A DNA stretch of 64,000 bases from Octopus sinensis (Eukaryota): assembly GCF_006345805.1 (NCBI RefSeq), contig NC_043012.1:34100001-34164000 (forward strand). The letters are read 5' to 3'. The number at the start of each line of letters is the position of its first letter. The first letter of the stretch is position 1. Positions 48,802 to 62,685 of this stretch are shown piece by piece. The notes under the pieces were generated by a model. The model saw nothing but the letters and a program-made list of their open reading frames with translations, searched no databases and was not told the DNA's origin. The position numbers and the translations under genes are program-made.

Positions 48802-51739
48802 AGGATGTATATAAAACTCTGTAAAAATGTATGTGTGTATATATTTGTATGTTTCTGTAAGCACTTATACATGTATAAGTTTCAGAAGATATTAAAATAA
48901 TAGAATAAATGGCAGTCATAATAAGAGATCTCCCCAAAATCTATTTCTTAAATTTTAAACTACTATTTCTGGCATACATATTTACGCAATTTTGATTTTG
49001 AATTATTTAAAAAATATTTGGAAATTATAAAGTTAAACGAATGGTAGATTCAGACTGTCCATATTTTAAAACCATGAATTAAAAAAAAAATTTGTGTTGG
49101 TCTAATTTTTTCTCCAGAAGTTCATGGCTTCATAGGAATAAGCAAGGAAGACTGCATCAAGATAACCAATTTTCAGATTTTTTTTACTTCCTTTTAAAAA
49201 AATGTAGATTTTGTGAATGAAACAAACTAGATCTTGAATAAGAAATGAATGTTTAATGTGACAAATTTTCAGATTTTTTTACACCATTTTAAAAGGGATC
49301 GGATTTTGTGACTCAAACTAACTAGATCCAAGTACAGTGAATACTGTCCTCCACAATTTGCTACTCATATGAAGTACATATGTATTTCAGCAATTTCTAT
49401 CAAATACATACTGTTTCTTGAGCATAAAAACTCCTCTCCCCGGGTGACAATAACTTATATGTCAGATTGTCGCACAAGTTCTGTTTTGATAAGGGAAATA
49501 AGAAAGGTTTGGGCATTTACTTGTACCAAAGAATACTCTTTTGATAGACAACATGATCTCATAAGTGTCACACAGGGGGAAATAGATGCAATTACCTAAC
49601 TTCCTGTTCATTATTTCAGGGGTTCTTTTTTTTTGCATTTCAATTTGTACAGCTGTACTCCTGACTGCATACAAGTGCGCATGTGCATTTATGACTCCAA
49701 GGGTCAAAAGGGAACCCTTGGCCAAAATGAGTTGAGAACCTTTGATCTACATTAACATTAACCCTTTCTTCTTTTAGCACAAAGCCAGCAATATCTGTGT
49801 GTATGTTTGTGTGCATTTTCTTGAGGTCACAATAAGTATCAATCTGGGTGTGTGTGGGCATTTGATAGCTAACTTAAAGGCACATTATCTGAGAACTTAT
49901 GAAAGTAATTGACAAGGAGGATAAACCACAGCTAGAGATTTCTGGAAGAAATTCCAACATAATAAATGCTATGAATAACATGATTCTTGGGATGAAATAA
50001 AACCTCAACTTTGAACACTGCTTAGAAAATTATATGGCCAAACTGTATCCAAGCTTTACACAGGCAGAAAGTCTACATCATATTCAGAACGTATTGTAGC
50101 ACTTTCAACTGATGTAGGGATTGAAGAAGTTATAGATGTGATGTGATTGAGCTCTGCTTGAGTTCCATAGAGAAAGTTCATCAATTGAGCTGATGCTGTT
50201 AGAACTAGTACAAGCTTTAAACATAGATGAGAATATTGAAATTTCACCAACTCCACTTAAATTGACTGCAAGAAATATTACTAACAGAAGGTCGACATGT
50301 TTTTGCTAACAACTATAGTGAATGTAACATAAATATCATATGAGCTGTACAAAGAAATGATGCACCACAAACATAAAACAATTTTGAATAAGTTCTTCAT
50401 CCATAAAATAGATGTTAATACTAATAAGATAGAAGATAGTATCTCTCTCCATCCCAATAACTCTCATTCCACCATCACATCCCTCCTTCACACAGTTAAT
50501 CTTTTTGGTGGTAACAACACAACCTATTGTGATAATATGATCCTTAATTCCCTAACACATTTCCCTTCAAAATTTGTTATGAATACATATTATACTGTGT
50601 ATGTTTAGAGATTGTTATTTTCATGCATAAATGTGGCTGTGTTGCATGCTTTTGTTATTGTCTTAAAAAAAAAAAAAAGAAATTCATCTGACCACATTAT
50701 CACCTTTATAACATGAAAATCATTGAGAAAATCAATTCTTTATTGTAGGACTTCGTGATATAACAAGTTTATTAGGAACATATTACTTCAATAATGTGGG
50801 GAATTCCTCTGTGTGTGTGTGTGTGTGCGCGCGCATGCAAATGCATTACAAACACTTTTCATTTACATGCGAACATATACTTCATATACACGAAATGAAG
50901 AATAATTAAAACATTGTAAACCTGACTGGCAAATCCTGGCAGACGCAACATTTAGCAAACATGACTGAATTAGCAGAAGCGGCTGGTTTTGGATGTGACA
51001 GTTTATTAAAAAGCATTTATATTTCATTTCACAATATACCAATACACCCACTTGTTCTCATTTCCAATTCAAATCATCTAGACATCAATAATCTACAAAT
51101 TCTAGTAATTTATTCATAATCACAGTTTCAGTCTTTCAGACCAAGTGAAAAAAATAGATAAATTCAGAATTCAGTATGTTTTTGATCTATTCAAAATACG
51201 CTGAAATTGTAAGGAAAATCTCACTAACTGGTTGAATATTGAAGCTATTTTCCAATAAAGCTGGAATATAGAATGCCTTTCATTTGACATCATCAGCAAT
51301 GAGCTTCTGAGGGATGCAAAAACAGAAAAGTCAACAAGACTCACTGCATTAAATACATACAAGCACCACACATAGTGGAACGGGTGGTATAAGAAACAAA
51401 CACCCCATTATTAACCATCATAAACCAAAATTTTACAACAAAAACTCACAGTAAATTAAAATATTTTTCAGATTTGTAGGATTAAACTTTTCATGATCAA
51501 TCTTTATTTAAACACACATTCAGCTGTTATGTGGTTTTTCCAACTAATTTTGGAAGTAAAATAATGCTATCATTATTGGGTTGGTGGTCATGGCAGATTG
51601 GCAGACTTGTTCAAAGAATTACCCCTCTATTCTGGATCTTTATAGTCTGAGTTTGAATCCTATGAAGGTTGACTTTGCCCTTCAACCTCCTGGGGTCAAT
51701 CTAATCAGCAAACTCCTCTACCCACAATAATACAAAACT

Positions 51740-51998
51740 GGTACCTGTGCTGGTGGCATGTGTAAAAGGATTTGAGCGAGGCCGTTGCCAGTACCGCCTG
51801 ACTGGCCCCCATGCCGGTGGCATGTAAAAAGCACCCACTACACTCTCGGAGTGGTTGGCATTAGGAAGGGCATCCAGCTGTAGAAACTCTGCCAAATCAA
51901 GATTGGAGCCTGGTGCAGCCATCTGGTTCGTCAGCCCTCAGTCAAACCGTCCAACCCAGGCTAGCATGGAAAGCAGACGTTAAACGATGATGATGATG
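51740..51998 (+). mobile_element. RTE 3'-tail-derived repeat (preceded by a decayed SINE B at about 51590-51720)
   Basis: Family match. Confidence 0.85.
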
Positions 51999-53410
51999 AA
52001 CAATTAAGTTGGCATTTGGAACATAACCTCACCAAAATTTCTTATATAAAATTATGATGGAAGGGTTTGATTTAAACATGTAGTGAGACATGTCAGCACT
52101 ATTTTGTTGTGGTGGCATAGCACAACTGTGCTTTGCCCATTTCATCCAATTACTGCCGGCTGCAGAAGGATACATCAGGCAACTTCCACCCAGTGGTGAA
52201 GCATGCCAGTTTTCAAAGGCAGAAAGTCAGTTGCCGATAGAACATTGAGATGCAGACATCAATTGCTGTTGAACCACTGAAATGACAACACTTCGCTGCT
52301 GTTACTTCAGGTCAACAAGATGTAATCACTGATTTATTGGTGAGCTTCTAACTCGCCTTGCATGTCACTCACTGGACTTGTATATACTTATACCTTGTGT
52401 AGCAAGTAGCCATTTTTAAATAATAGCGCCAATTTGTGATAGCTGGCAATATGACGTAATGTTGTATTGCCAAAGAAATATGATTGTCGTTTTTCCATTG
52501 ATTAATATAACTGCTCATATAGGAATTCAAAGAGTTACTTAAAGAATATTTGTATGTAACTTCGATTCTTTAAAGTCAAGTTGAGCAGTTATAAAAACCA
52601 TGGATTTTGGAAAAACTTCAGTGTTTGTTGGATGTAACTAAACTCCACGATACTCACTCCTTTGAGACATTGGTGATTTTTCATGCCATGTCCAAGGAAA
52701 ATCCAACACTTGAAACCTTTAGGTTCAAAACTTAACTAACTTGTATGCTATTGGAAATTAACCCATGCCTCACAAAACACACTGTTTAACTAAATTAGTT
52801 GCCAGTGACTTCCCTGTCTATGTTACAAACATAAACAGTTTAAAATGAGAGATTTTCTAACAGAAAACCAGACACAGGCCTTTGACAAGTTATTATCAGA
52901 AAAGTTTGAAATGAAGATTTATAATATAAATGCAGGTGTAGACCATGACTGACCATGGTCAAAAGGCTTACTTCACAACAACATGCTTTTGTGTTGAGTT
53001 TCACTGCACAGCACCATGTGCATCTTTTAATATAGCCCCAAGATGACCAATGCCTTGGAAGCAAATTTGGTAAAGAGAAACTAAAGAAAGCCTGTCGTGT
53101 GTGTGTGCGTGCATGAGTAAACAAATGTTGATATTCTACACTTGAAGCAGTTGATGATATTGACATTCCTTATTTATATGACTGATAATTATATTTTTTT
53201 CAAAGACCACTGGAATAAAAGAATCCCTAACTTGCAAAACAGGTCAGAGAGTTGGATACAGAAAGAACATCAGGCCATAAAATACTGCCACAGATATCTT
53301 TTTATCAGACCTATGCTAGCATGCAAAAAATGGATGTCAAATGAATAACAGAACTCCCAGGAAATTACAACAAAACTATTAATGTATTTAAAGTAATGCT
53401 TAGGTCATGG

Positions 53411-53442
<32 letters not shown>

Positions 53443-54061
53443 TTCTATAGCAGCAAGATCATACTAAAAAATTCTTATCATACAAAGCTAGACTAAAATA
53501 GAACCTTATTGATAAAAGTAAAAGTCTGGCATAATACACAGAATGCAGTGATTGTGACACCAGACATACTGAACATGTGTTTATACTGATAATGATAACA
53601 CACTCTGAAAGTGCTTTCCAAAACAATCAACAAAGATAAAAACTTGTGTAAAAAAGACCATCAAATTCTCCAAGGATGCCCATTCACCACTCATTATCTA
53701 CACTAACTCTTACAGTAGTCAGAAACTCAATTCTGGATACTCCCATTACAACAAAGTGTCACAATTGTTAACACAGGCATGTATATATAACTAGATACAA
53801 AAGAAACATTATGGTTTCGTGTGAGCTGAAGGGGAACAAAAAAAGTAAAACTAAGTAAATATGACATAAACGTCTGGAAAAAACTTTTGAGACATGCAAG
53901 TGAGAAGTTGGGCAAAATATGGAAGATGTCAATAAATAAAAACAAAAAAGAAAAAGCTTAATGATTTTATAATATTTGAGGAAAGATTCCCCTTTCCAAA
54001 TACAAGAAAGAAAATACAGAGTTTGGAGAAATGTGCTGTTACCAGCCAGCCAGAGCTGTTG

Positions 54062-54370
54062 TGGAGGCACATGGCCTAGAGGTTAGAACAGCGGACTCGC
54101 GGTCGAGGGATTGTGGGTTCGAATCTCAGACCGGACGATGTGTGTGTGTTTATGAGCGAAACACCTAAGCTCCACACGGCTCCAGCAGAAGGTAATGGTG
54201 AAACTTCTGCCGATTCTTTCGCCACAACTTTCTCTCACTCTTTCCTCCTGCATTTTGCAGCTTACCTGCGACGGACTGGCGTCCTGTCTAGGTGGGGAAC
54301 CTATACGCCAAGAAACCGGGAAACCGACCCTTATGAGCCAGGCATGGCTCAAGAAGGAACAAACAACAAA
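54062..54370 (+). mobile_element. tRNA-derived SINE, family C, full length
   Basis: A box TGGCCTAGAGG, B box GGTTCGAATCTC, CCTGCGACGGACTGGCGTCCTGTC segment, (AAC)n tail. Confidence 0.85.
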
Positions 54371-55014
54371 CCGGTGCTGTTAATAGCCTACTGGTATCAA
54401 CACATTTTCGCAAACACTTTTCTGGCACGCACACACATGCATGCAACAAGGTATCAAGCAGACAAACACGATCTCCATAATGGGCCAAGTCAAAAGTCAT
54501 TGAAAAGGTTGCAACTAGGAATGAAAGAGCTTTGACAAACAAAAACAAAACAAATGACTTACTGTTTAACCAAATTAAACAAACAACCAATTAGTTAAAT
54601 ATTTAACCAATTGACTAATAATAAAGGAATGGAATTGGACCAGCACGTGTATTAATATTGGCTTAATGACTCTTCCTAGAGAACAAAATAAGAATCTTTC
54701 CCAAAATATTATAGACTGGTTAAACAACCTACTTAAGATAATACAATATTTTTTCTCATTGTTTTTATTCATTGACACCACCTTACATATTTCACCTAAC
54801 TTCCCACCTGCATTGCTAAAAAGTTTTTTCAAGCATTAATAAACTATAATACTTTTAATAAATTAATAAATTAATAATTTATTATCTTACTTTCAGGTAA
54901 CAGATGAAGGTGACAAAGATAAACATAAAATGCTAAGACTGACACAGAAAACTGGATAAAGTAAAACAAAAGGAAAAAAGTTGAAATGTAAATATACAAA
55001 TAATAAAGGATGAT

Positions 55015-55350
55015 GATGCTGCAATCACCCTTATACAGGAGGACCTCTATCTAGGAACAGTCAAGGAACCCCACAGATCCCAGTTCATCCTGAACATCAA
55101 GGGTAAATGTCCCCCCTTCTCCAACAACCATACTTTAATGGACAGACCAGTCTGACAGTATTTCTGTGCCTGTGAAATTTATCTCAATCCAGTAGAGCTT
55201 GGCCAATGACTTCTGGAAGTTACCCATATAATTCCCAAACCTGAAAATCTTCCATAAACAGATTAGCTAGTCCATTTCTATTGACCCCACCCCCAAACCA
55301 GAGCTCTTCCAAGAACATTGTTACTCTTTCCTGCCACTAACCTTCTATAA
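55015..55350 (-). mobile_element. Tx1/L1 3' fragment, internally deleted relative to 3500-4380
   Basis: CTAGG..CA.TCAA.GAACCCCACAGA.CC and CTGACAG.ATTTC.TGCCTGT..AATTTATCTCAA shared. Confidence 0.55.
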
Positions 55351-56134
55351 ACTGCTAGAGCAGAACATACACGTGTATGTATATATATACTTACATATAA
55401 GATACCAAAGTGTACATACACCGCTATATGCTTTATATAAAAAAAATATGAAATGGGGACAGACTGGATCAATCTCGAGTACAACCAGCTGAAATTGCAA
55501 AGATAAATCTGGAACTCAACTGAGGAAAGAAAACTCCAAATGACCCTTCCTTGTATTCTTTGTATCGTCTATCTGGATGTTTTGTTGTCCCTTTTTGTAT
55601 CACCTAACTGTCTGGATGTTTTGCATTCTTGTCCCATTTTGCATTATATATATATATATACACACACACATACATACATATAAAAATATACATGAAATAC
55701 ATAAATACACACTATCGTCATCTAACTTCCTTCACCCACACAGGTATGGTTGCACGGCATGACATAATCCAACAGGTCAGAAGATTGCATTGTGCACCAA
55801 TATTTACTTTAGCATGGCTTCTACATCCGCATGCAACTTCTAATACCAACCACTTTACTGAATGGACTGGGTGCTATCTTTTGCAGAAGACTCACTAACG
55901 AAACATCATATTGCGCACAAGATTAAGATCCACATGGTAATGATGCAGCTTCAAGTTAGATGAGGAGAGGTTAAACTATGAAGGAAGGAATCAGAACACA
56001 TATTATGCTACAGAGCATGTACATTGTTGCTTGCATTATACAAGAGTGGGTGGAAATAAATTGGACTGGAACACGAAAGTGAGGTATCAGGATGACTCAA
56101 AGACAGAACAGGAAGGAATATATATATATCGAGA

Positions 56135-57667
56135 CAAGCTGGTGTACCCGGTAATTCCCGGGGGTAAAGATGTTCTATTGAAATGCTTTATTACTCTGAT
56201 AAAAGAAAGTAATTTCGTTATAACTGCCACAAAAGGTGTATTTTCCATCACGAAAAAGTACGAAAAACTGTCAGCTGGAGGAGGGAGAGATTGAAGGGTG
56301 GCAAGAAAGACTGTCGGAGGTTGGTGAGAGGCAAAGACATTATTCTGCCTAGTGAAGGCATCTGGGAAATGTATAGCTGCTGTCATTCACAGAAAAACTA
56401 TTGTTCTACTGTGAGAAAAGTGTTGTTGAAGTGTTAAGTGAAATTTGGCAATCGAGGATCGAATCCACGCTATGCCTGCATGAAGCCACTACAAGTATGT
56501 TGTGGAATAAAAAATTTATCTACTTTCATGGAAAAATTATAACTATAAAAATGCAGAATTATCGGAAAATGGACATTCAAAAAAGTATGTATGTATAGAA
56601 ATGTATGAATGAAGTCTTTAATACTTAAGATTCAAATTCAGAAAGTGCAATAATAATATATAAATATATAAACGTAGCAATAATAATGTTTAGCAGCTCA
56701 AAACTGTGAGTGGTGAAATGTAGAATTAAGTCGGCTGATCGTGAGAATCAAATATTGATCACTTCGCTAAATTCTGCAGGTGTTATGGGTTATTTCCCTT
56801 GGATTGTTTAAATAAAATATTAGTAATATGTAGTAGAAAAAGGATCCATTGGAAGGGCCTATTATCGATTTTTTTTCAACAATCTAAGTATATAGGCGCA
56901 GGAGTGGCTGTGTGGTAAGTAGCTTGTTTACCAACCACATGGTTCCGGGTTCAGTTCCACTGCGTAGCACCTTGGGCAAGTGTCTTCTACTATAGTCTTG
57001 GGCCGACCAAAGCCTTGTGAGTGGATTTGATAGACAGAAACTGAAAGAAGCCCGTCGTATATATGCATGTGTGTGTGTTTGTGTGTCTCTGTCCCCTTAG
57101 CATTGCTTGACAACCGATGCTGGTGTGTTTATGTCCCCGTCACTTAGCGGTTCGGCAAAAGAAACCAATAGAATAAGTACTGGGCTTACAGAGAATAAGT
57201 CCCGGGGTCGAGTTGCTTGATTAAAGGTGGTGCTCTAGCATGGCCGCAGTCAAATGACTGAAACAAGTAAAAGAGTATGTCTACTCGTGTCAAATAAAAT
57301 ATAAAAGTGATATTGTCTGCAAAAATTAGAAATAGGACACACAAAAAATCCATATTCAAAGTAATCGAACATAAACAATGGAATGGATTATTTCCCTTGA
57401 GTGTTTAAAAAAATATACTGTACAGGTGCTATGGATTACTTCCCTTGGGTGTTTAACAAAAATTAGTTATATGAGGTAGATATAAAGACCCCTTCTAGAG
57501 GCCGTATTATCTATTTTTTCAACAATCCAAGTATGTCACGAGGTTTCCAGACATGTGTTCTACTCACATATCAACTTTCAACAAAATTAAGAAAACGATA
57601 TAGGAGGAGTTAGTTAACAATGCCACAAATAAACACCGATTTTCCCTAATGTCCCATGCATGTATGT

Positions 57668-57700
<33 letters not shown>

Positions 57701-57735
57701 GTATATATATATATATATAATATATATATATATAT
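56135..57735 (-). mobile_element. Probable non-autonomous Helitron/HINE-like element with internal duplications, interrupted by a SINE
   Basis: Hairpin CCCGG-TAATTC-CCGGG about 10 nt from a CTTG|T end (CTAG variant); internal direct repeat about 56780-56890 and 57425-57535; (TG)n(TA)n at the other end. Confidence 0.4.
56895..57274 (+). mobile_element. tRNA-derived SINE, family A, full length
   Basis: GGCGCAGGAGTGGCTGTGTGGTAAG...GGGTTCAGTTCC; ends GACTGAAACAAGTAAAAGAG. Confidence 0.92.
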
Positions 57736-57739
57736 AAAA

Positions 57740-59900
57740 ATTTGATGAGAGAGAGGAGGAGATATAGATGTCGGACATAGAAGGTAGCTGGAAATTCCTA
57801 CGGGACAGCTTGCTGAGTGCCACAGACCAAGTCTGGGGATGGGGCAAAGTCCCTTCCGGACCTAGAGTTACATGATGGTAGAATAGTACAGTACACAAAG
57901 CCATTAGAGCAAAGAAACAGGAATGGAAAGCCTGGAGGGATGGGGGTAGCAGGGAACTGTACCAGATAGCCAAAAGGGAGGCTGGGTGGCTGCTATACAT
58001 AGCCAAGGGCGAAGCAGAAATGAAGAAGATTGCCAATGTCCAGCGACATGAGGACCAAAGAACTGAGGTATCTTGGATTGCTAGACGGTGTGTGAGAGAA
58101 AATTGTGATGTCACAGGAGAGAAATGTGTCCGCATGGATGATGGCACACTTGCATTTAATGTTTCTGAAAAGAAAGAGGCTTGGAGAAGCCATTATGAGA
58201 GACTGCAGAATGTGGAGAATGAATGGGAGGAGGGGAACCTGCCAAATGTTGACCCAGTAGAGGGACCAGCTATCCCAATAGACAGCTCCCTAGAAGATAA
58301 AGCAATTATGGGTATGAAGCCAGGAAAAGTCCCCGCCCCATCAGGAATCACTGCTGAGATGCTTAAAACATCTGGTGGTGTGGGCTATGGCCTAGTCACC
58401 CATATTGTAAACCAGGAAGTTCATAATGGAGTCATACCCAATGACTGGTGTAGCAGCATCATAGTCAACTGCTACAAGGTGATTCTCGGATCTTTTCTAA
58501 AAGATGGACAGAATTTTCTACTTAACTAAATAATTTGAAACTTCGTATACTGGTAGAATGTGTCAAAAGAAAACATTAATTTCAATTAGTTTTTTTGAGA
58601 AAAATGTATTTTGTAACTTTTACGTAGTTTAATTCTTCAAATTTTAACCAATCGTATTCTCTGTTTTGAGTTCAATTCAAATTGAGTTCAATTCAAATTT
58701 CTGCCGTGTTATTCATCCTTATCAGTCTTCTGTCTTCAAAGGCTTCTCGCATGTTTATTTCAATGTCATCCCTGACTTACGGAACAATTACCTGTGTGTG
58801 TGTTTTTGTTGTGTATGTGTGTGTTTGTTGTATGTGTGTGTGTGTTATTGTTGTGTATGTGTGTGTTTTTGTTGTGTATGTGTGTATTTTTGTTGTATAT
58901 GTGTGCGTGTGTTGTGTATCTCTTAAATCGATGAATTTCGTCGCCCAATAAAAATATTAACAATATTTTTTTTAACTTTGATATTGTTAATATTTTTATT
59001 GGGCGACGAAATTCATCGATTTAAGAGATACACAACAAAAAGACACACACGCACACACACATACAAGACAATAACACACACACACACACAGGTAATTGTT
59101 CCGTAAGTCAGGGATGACATTGAAATAAACATGCGAGAAGCCTTTGAAGACAGAAGACAGTGATAAGGATGAATAACATGGCAGTAATTTGAATTGAGCT
59201 CAAAACAGAGAATACGATTGGTTAAAATTTGAAGAATTAAACTACGTAAAAGTTACAAAATACAATTTTCTCAAGAAAACTAATTGAAATTAATGTTTTC
59301 TTTTGACACATTCTACTAGTATACGAAGTTTCAAATTATCTAGTTAAGTAGAAAATTCTGTCCATCTTTTAGAAAAGATCCTGATTCTCTAGATAGAAAT
59401 AACTACAGGGGTATTAAACTGTTGGATCAGGTGACGAAGGTCACAGAGAGAGTCTGCTTAGATGAGATGCAGTTCGGTTTTGTGTCGGGTACTGATGCCA
59501 TATTCCTGGTTTGACAACTGCAGGAGAAATACCTAGCTAAAGATAAACCTCTCTACATAGCTTTCATGGACTTCGAGAAAGCCTTTGACAGGGTCCCTCG
59601 ATCCCTTATCTGGTGGGCGATGCGGAAACTGGATGAATGGTTAATAAGGGCTGTACAGGCCCTATACAGAGAGGCCATTAGCAAGGTTAGGATTGGCAAC
59701 GAGTATAGTGAAGAATTCCAGGTAGAAGTAGGGGTCCACCAAGGTTCAGCCCTCAATCCATTTTTATTCATCATAGTCCACCAGGCAATAACAGAGAAAT
59801 TCAAGACGGGTTGCTCCTGGGAGCTCCTCTATGCTGATGACCTGGCTCTCATAGCAGAATCAATACCTGAACTAGAAAAGAAATTTCGGGTGTGGAAGCT
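57740..59900 (+). mobile_element. RTE LINE internal fragment (linker + RT), split by a palindromic MITE
   Basis: MKPGKVPAPSGITAEMLK..IPNDWCSSIIVNCYK, NNYRGIKLLDQ, FMDFEKAFDRVPR, GVHQGSALNPFLF, ELLYADDL. Confidence 0.92.
58488..59381. mobile_element. 894-bp fully palindromic fold-back MITE, GG...CC termini, 8-bp TSD (Merlin-like; Mutator possible)
   Basis: TIR GGATCTTTTCTAAAAGATGGACAG; TSD TGATTCTC at 58480-58487 and 59382-59389; loop about 58968-58980. Confidence 0.88.
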
Positions 59901-60595
59901 ATGGCGAAAGAAAAAAATTCTAATGCCAAATATGCCAAAAATAGACAAATCCTCAATAACCAAATAATTCATCGCTATAAGCATGCGTCTCGAAGCACGC
60001 CAACAGAAATTTCTAAAAATTTTCGTTATCATATCGGCCCCGATTTTAGAATTAATTCATAAGAATTTTTCCCTCGTCAGTTATAAATACGGTAAGAAAT
60101 AAATGAAATACCTACTTATACCCATGGAAGAAGCAAACACTAAGTCATGAGCACAATTAAGTACCCCAAGTATATCCAAAATAGAAATTCTCCTACACAC
60201 CGAGTCAATTAGACTGAAAATTTCTATTTTGTGCTCATGACTTAGTGTTTGCTTCTTCCATGGGTAAGAGTAACTATTTCATTTATTTATTACCGTATTA
60301 ATAACTGACGAGGGGAAAATTCTTATGAATTAACTCTAAAATCGGGTCTGATATGGTAATAATGGGATTTTTTAGAAATTTCTGTCGGCTTTCTTCGAGA
60401 GAAATGCTTATAGTGATGAATTATATGGTTATGGATGATGTGTGTATTTTCGGCAGAGTAGGCATTACAATTTTTTTCTTTTGCCCTAGTATATAAGTTG
60501 TTTATAAATTTAACCTTTAAAGGTATTTTTTAATATGCTGGCCAGTGATAGAATTATTTTCGAAAAAATTTTATTCTAAATTAGATAAAATTTAT
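59899..60595 (+). mobile_element. Fold-back element (palindrome 59899-60489 plus tail) with decayed hammerhead-like core; probable inverted PLE pLTRs
   Basis: About 280-bp diverged arms, loop about 60190-60218; CTGACGAGGG at 60305 (+) and mirrored at about 60071-60080 (-); ends at (TA)n. Confidence 0.7.
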
Positions 60596-60744
60596 ACATG
60601 TATATATATACATATATGTATATGTGTGACTCTATGTTTGTCTGTGTTCGTACCCCAAACATGGCTTCACAAAAGGTGCTGGTGTGTTTACGTCCACATA
60701 ATCTAGCTGTTCGGCAAAGGAAACAGAATATGTACTGGGCTTAC

Positions 60745-62056
60745 ATGTATGTACATATATACTTATTTATATACATACATACATACATATACACATGTAT
60801 ATATATATATACATGTGTATATGTATATATATATATATATACACATATACACATGTATATATATATATATATATATATACATGTGTATATGTATATATAT
60901 ATACACATATACATGTATATACATACATATATATATATATATACACACATATACATGTATATACATACATATATATACACACATATACATGTATATACAT
61001 ACATATACATGTATATACATACATATATATACACACATATACATGTATATACATACATATATATATTGAAGTCTTCGAATGATTTGTCTGTGTTCCATGT
61101 TTGTCCCCTCCTGTATTTCACGTTCTTTATATATAAAATATACATACATATATATATACACATATATACATACATATATATACACATACATATATATATA
61201 TACACATATATATATATATACACATATATATATACACATACACATACATATATATATACACATATATATATACACATACACATACATATATATATACACA
61301 TACATATATATATACACATACATATATATATACACATACATATATATATACACATATATATATATACACACATATATATACACACATATATATATACACA
61401 TATATATATATACACATATATATATACACATATATATATACACATACATATACACATACATATATATATACACATACATATATATATACACATACATATA
61501 TATATACACATATATATACACATATATATATACACATACATATATACACATACATATATATATACACATACATATATATATACACATATATACATACATA
61601 TATATACACATACATATATATACACATACATATATACATATATATATATACACATACATATATATATACACATATATACATACATATATATACACATACA
61701 TATATATACACATACATATATATATACACATATATATATATATACACATATATATATATATACACATATATATATACACATACATATATATACACATATA
61801 TATATACACATACATATATATACACATAGATATATATATACATATATATACACATATATATATACACATACATATATATATACATATATATACACATATA
61901 TATATACACATACATATACACATATATACACATACATATATATATACATATATATATACACATACATATATATATACACATACATATATATATACACATA
62001 CATATATATATACACATACATATATAATACACATACATATATATACATATATATAT

Positions 62057-62088
<32 letters not shown>

Positions 62089-62651
62089 ACATACATATAT
62101 ATATACATATATATATACACATACATATATATATACACATACATATATACACATACATATATATATACACATACATATATATATACACATATATATACAC
62201 ATACATATATATATACACATATATATATATACACATATATACATACACATATATACATACACATATATACATACATAAATATATATATACACACACACAT
62301 ATATATACACACATACACATATATATACACACATACACATATATATATACACATACACATATATATACACACATACACATATATATACACATACACATAT
62401 ATATATACACATACACATATATATATATACACATACACATATATATATATACATATACACATATATATACATATACACATATATACGTATACACATATAT
62501 ATATATACATACATATATATATACACACATATACACATATATATACATACTATACACATATATATACATACATATACATATATATACATATACACATATT
62601 TATACATACATATACACATATATATACATATACACATATTTATATACTTAC

Positions 62652-62685
<34 letters not shown>

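Noticed and set aside
50056-50265. Minus-strand acceptor TTTCTTGCAG with following ORF
   Set aside because: No good donor, frames from the acceptor terminate, no recognisable protein
54062-54135. tRNA-like sequences (also 56895-56965 and 9520-9597)
   Set aside because: A/B boxes continue into SINE bodies and no clean cloverleaf is formed; these are SINE heads
54897-54960. Plus-strand exon-like segment after TACTTTCAG
   Set aside because: Weak donor and an in-frame stop; chance match in AT-rich DNA
55455-55545. Possible hammerhead (CTGG..CCAGCT-GAAATTGCAA; CTGAGGA)
   Set aside because: No CTGANGA upstream of the stem and no NUH site; core elements are in the wrong order
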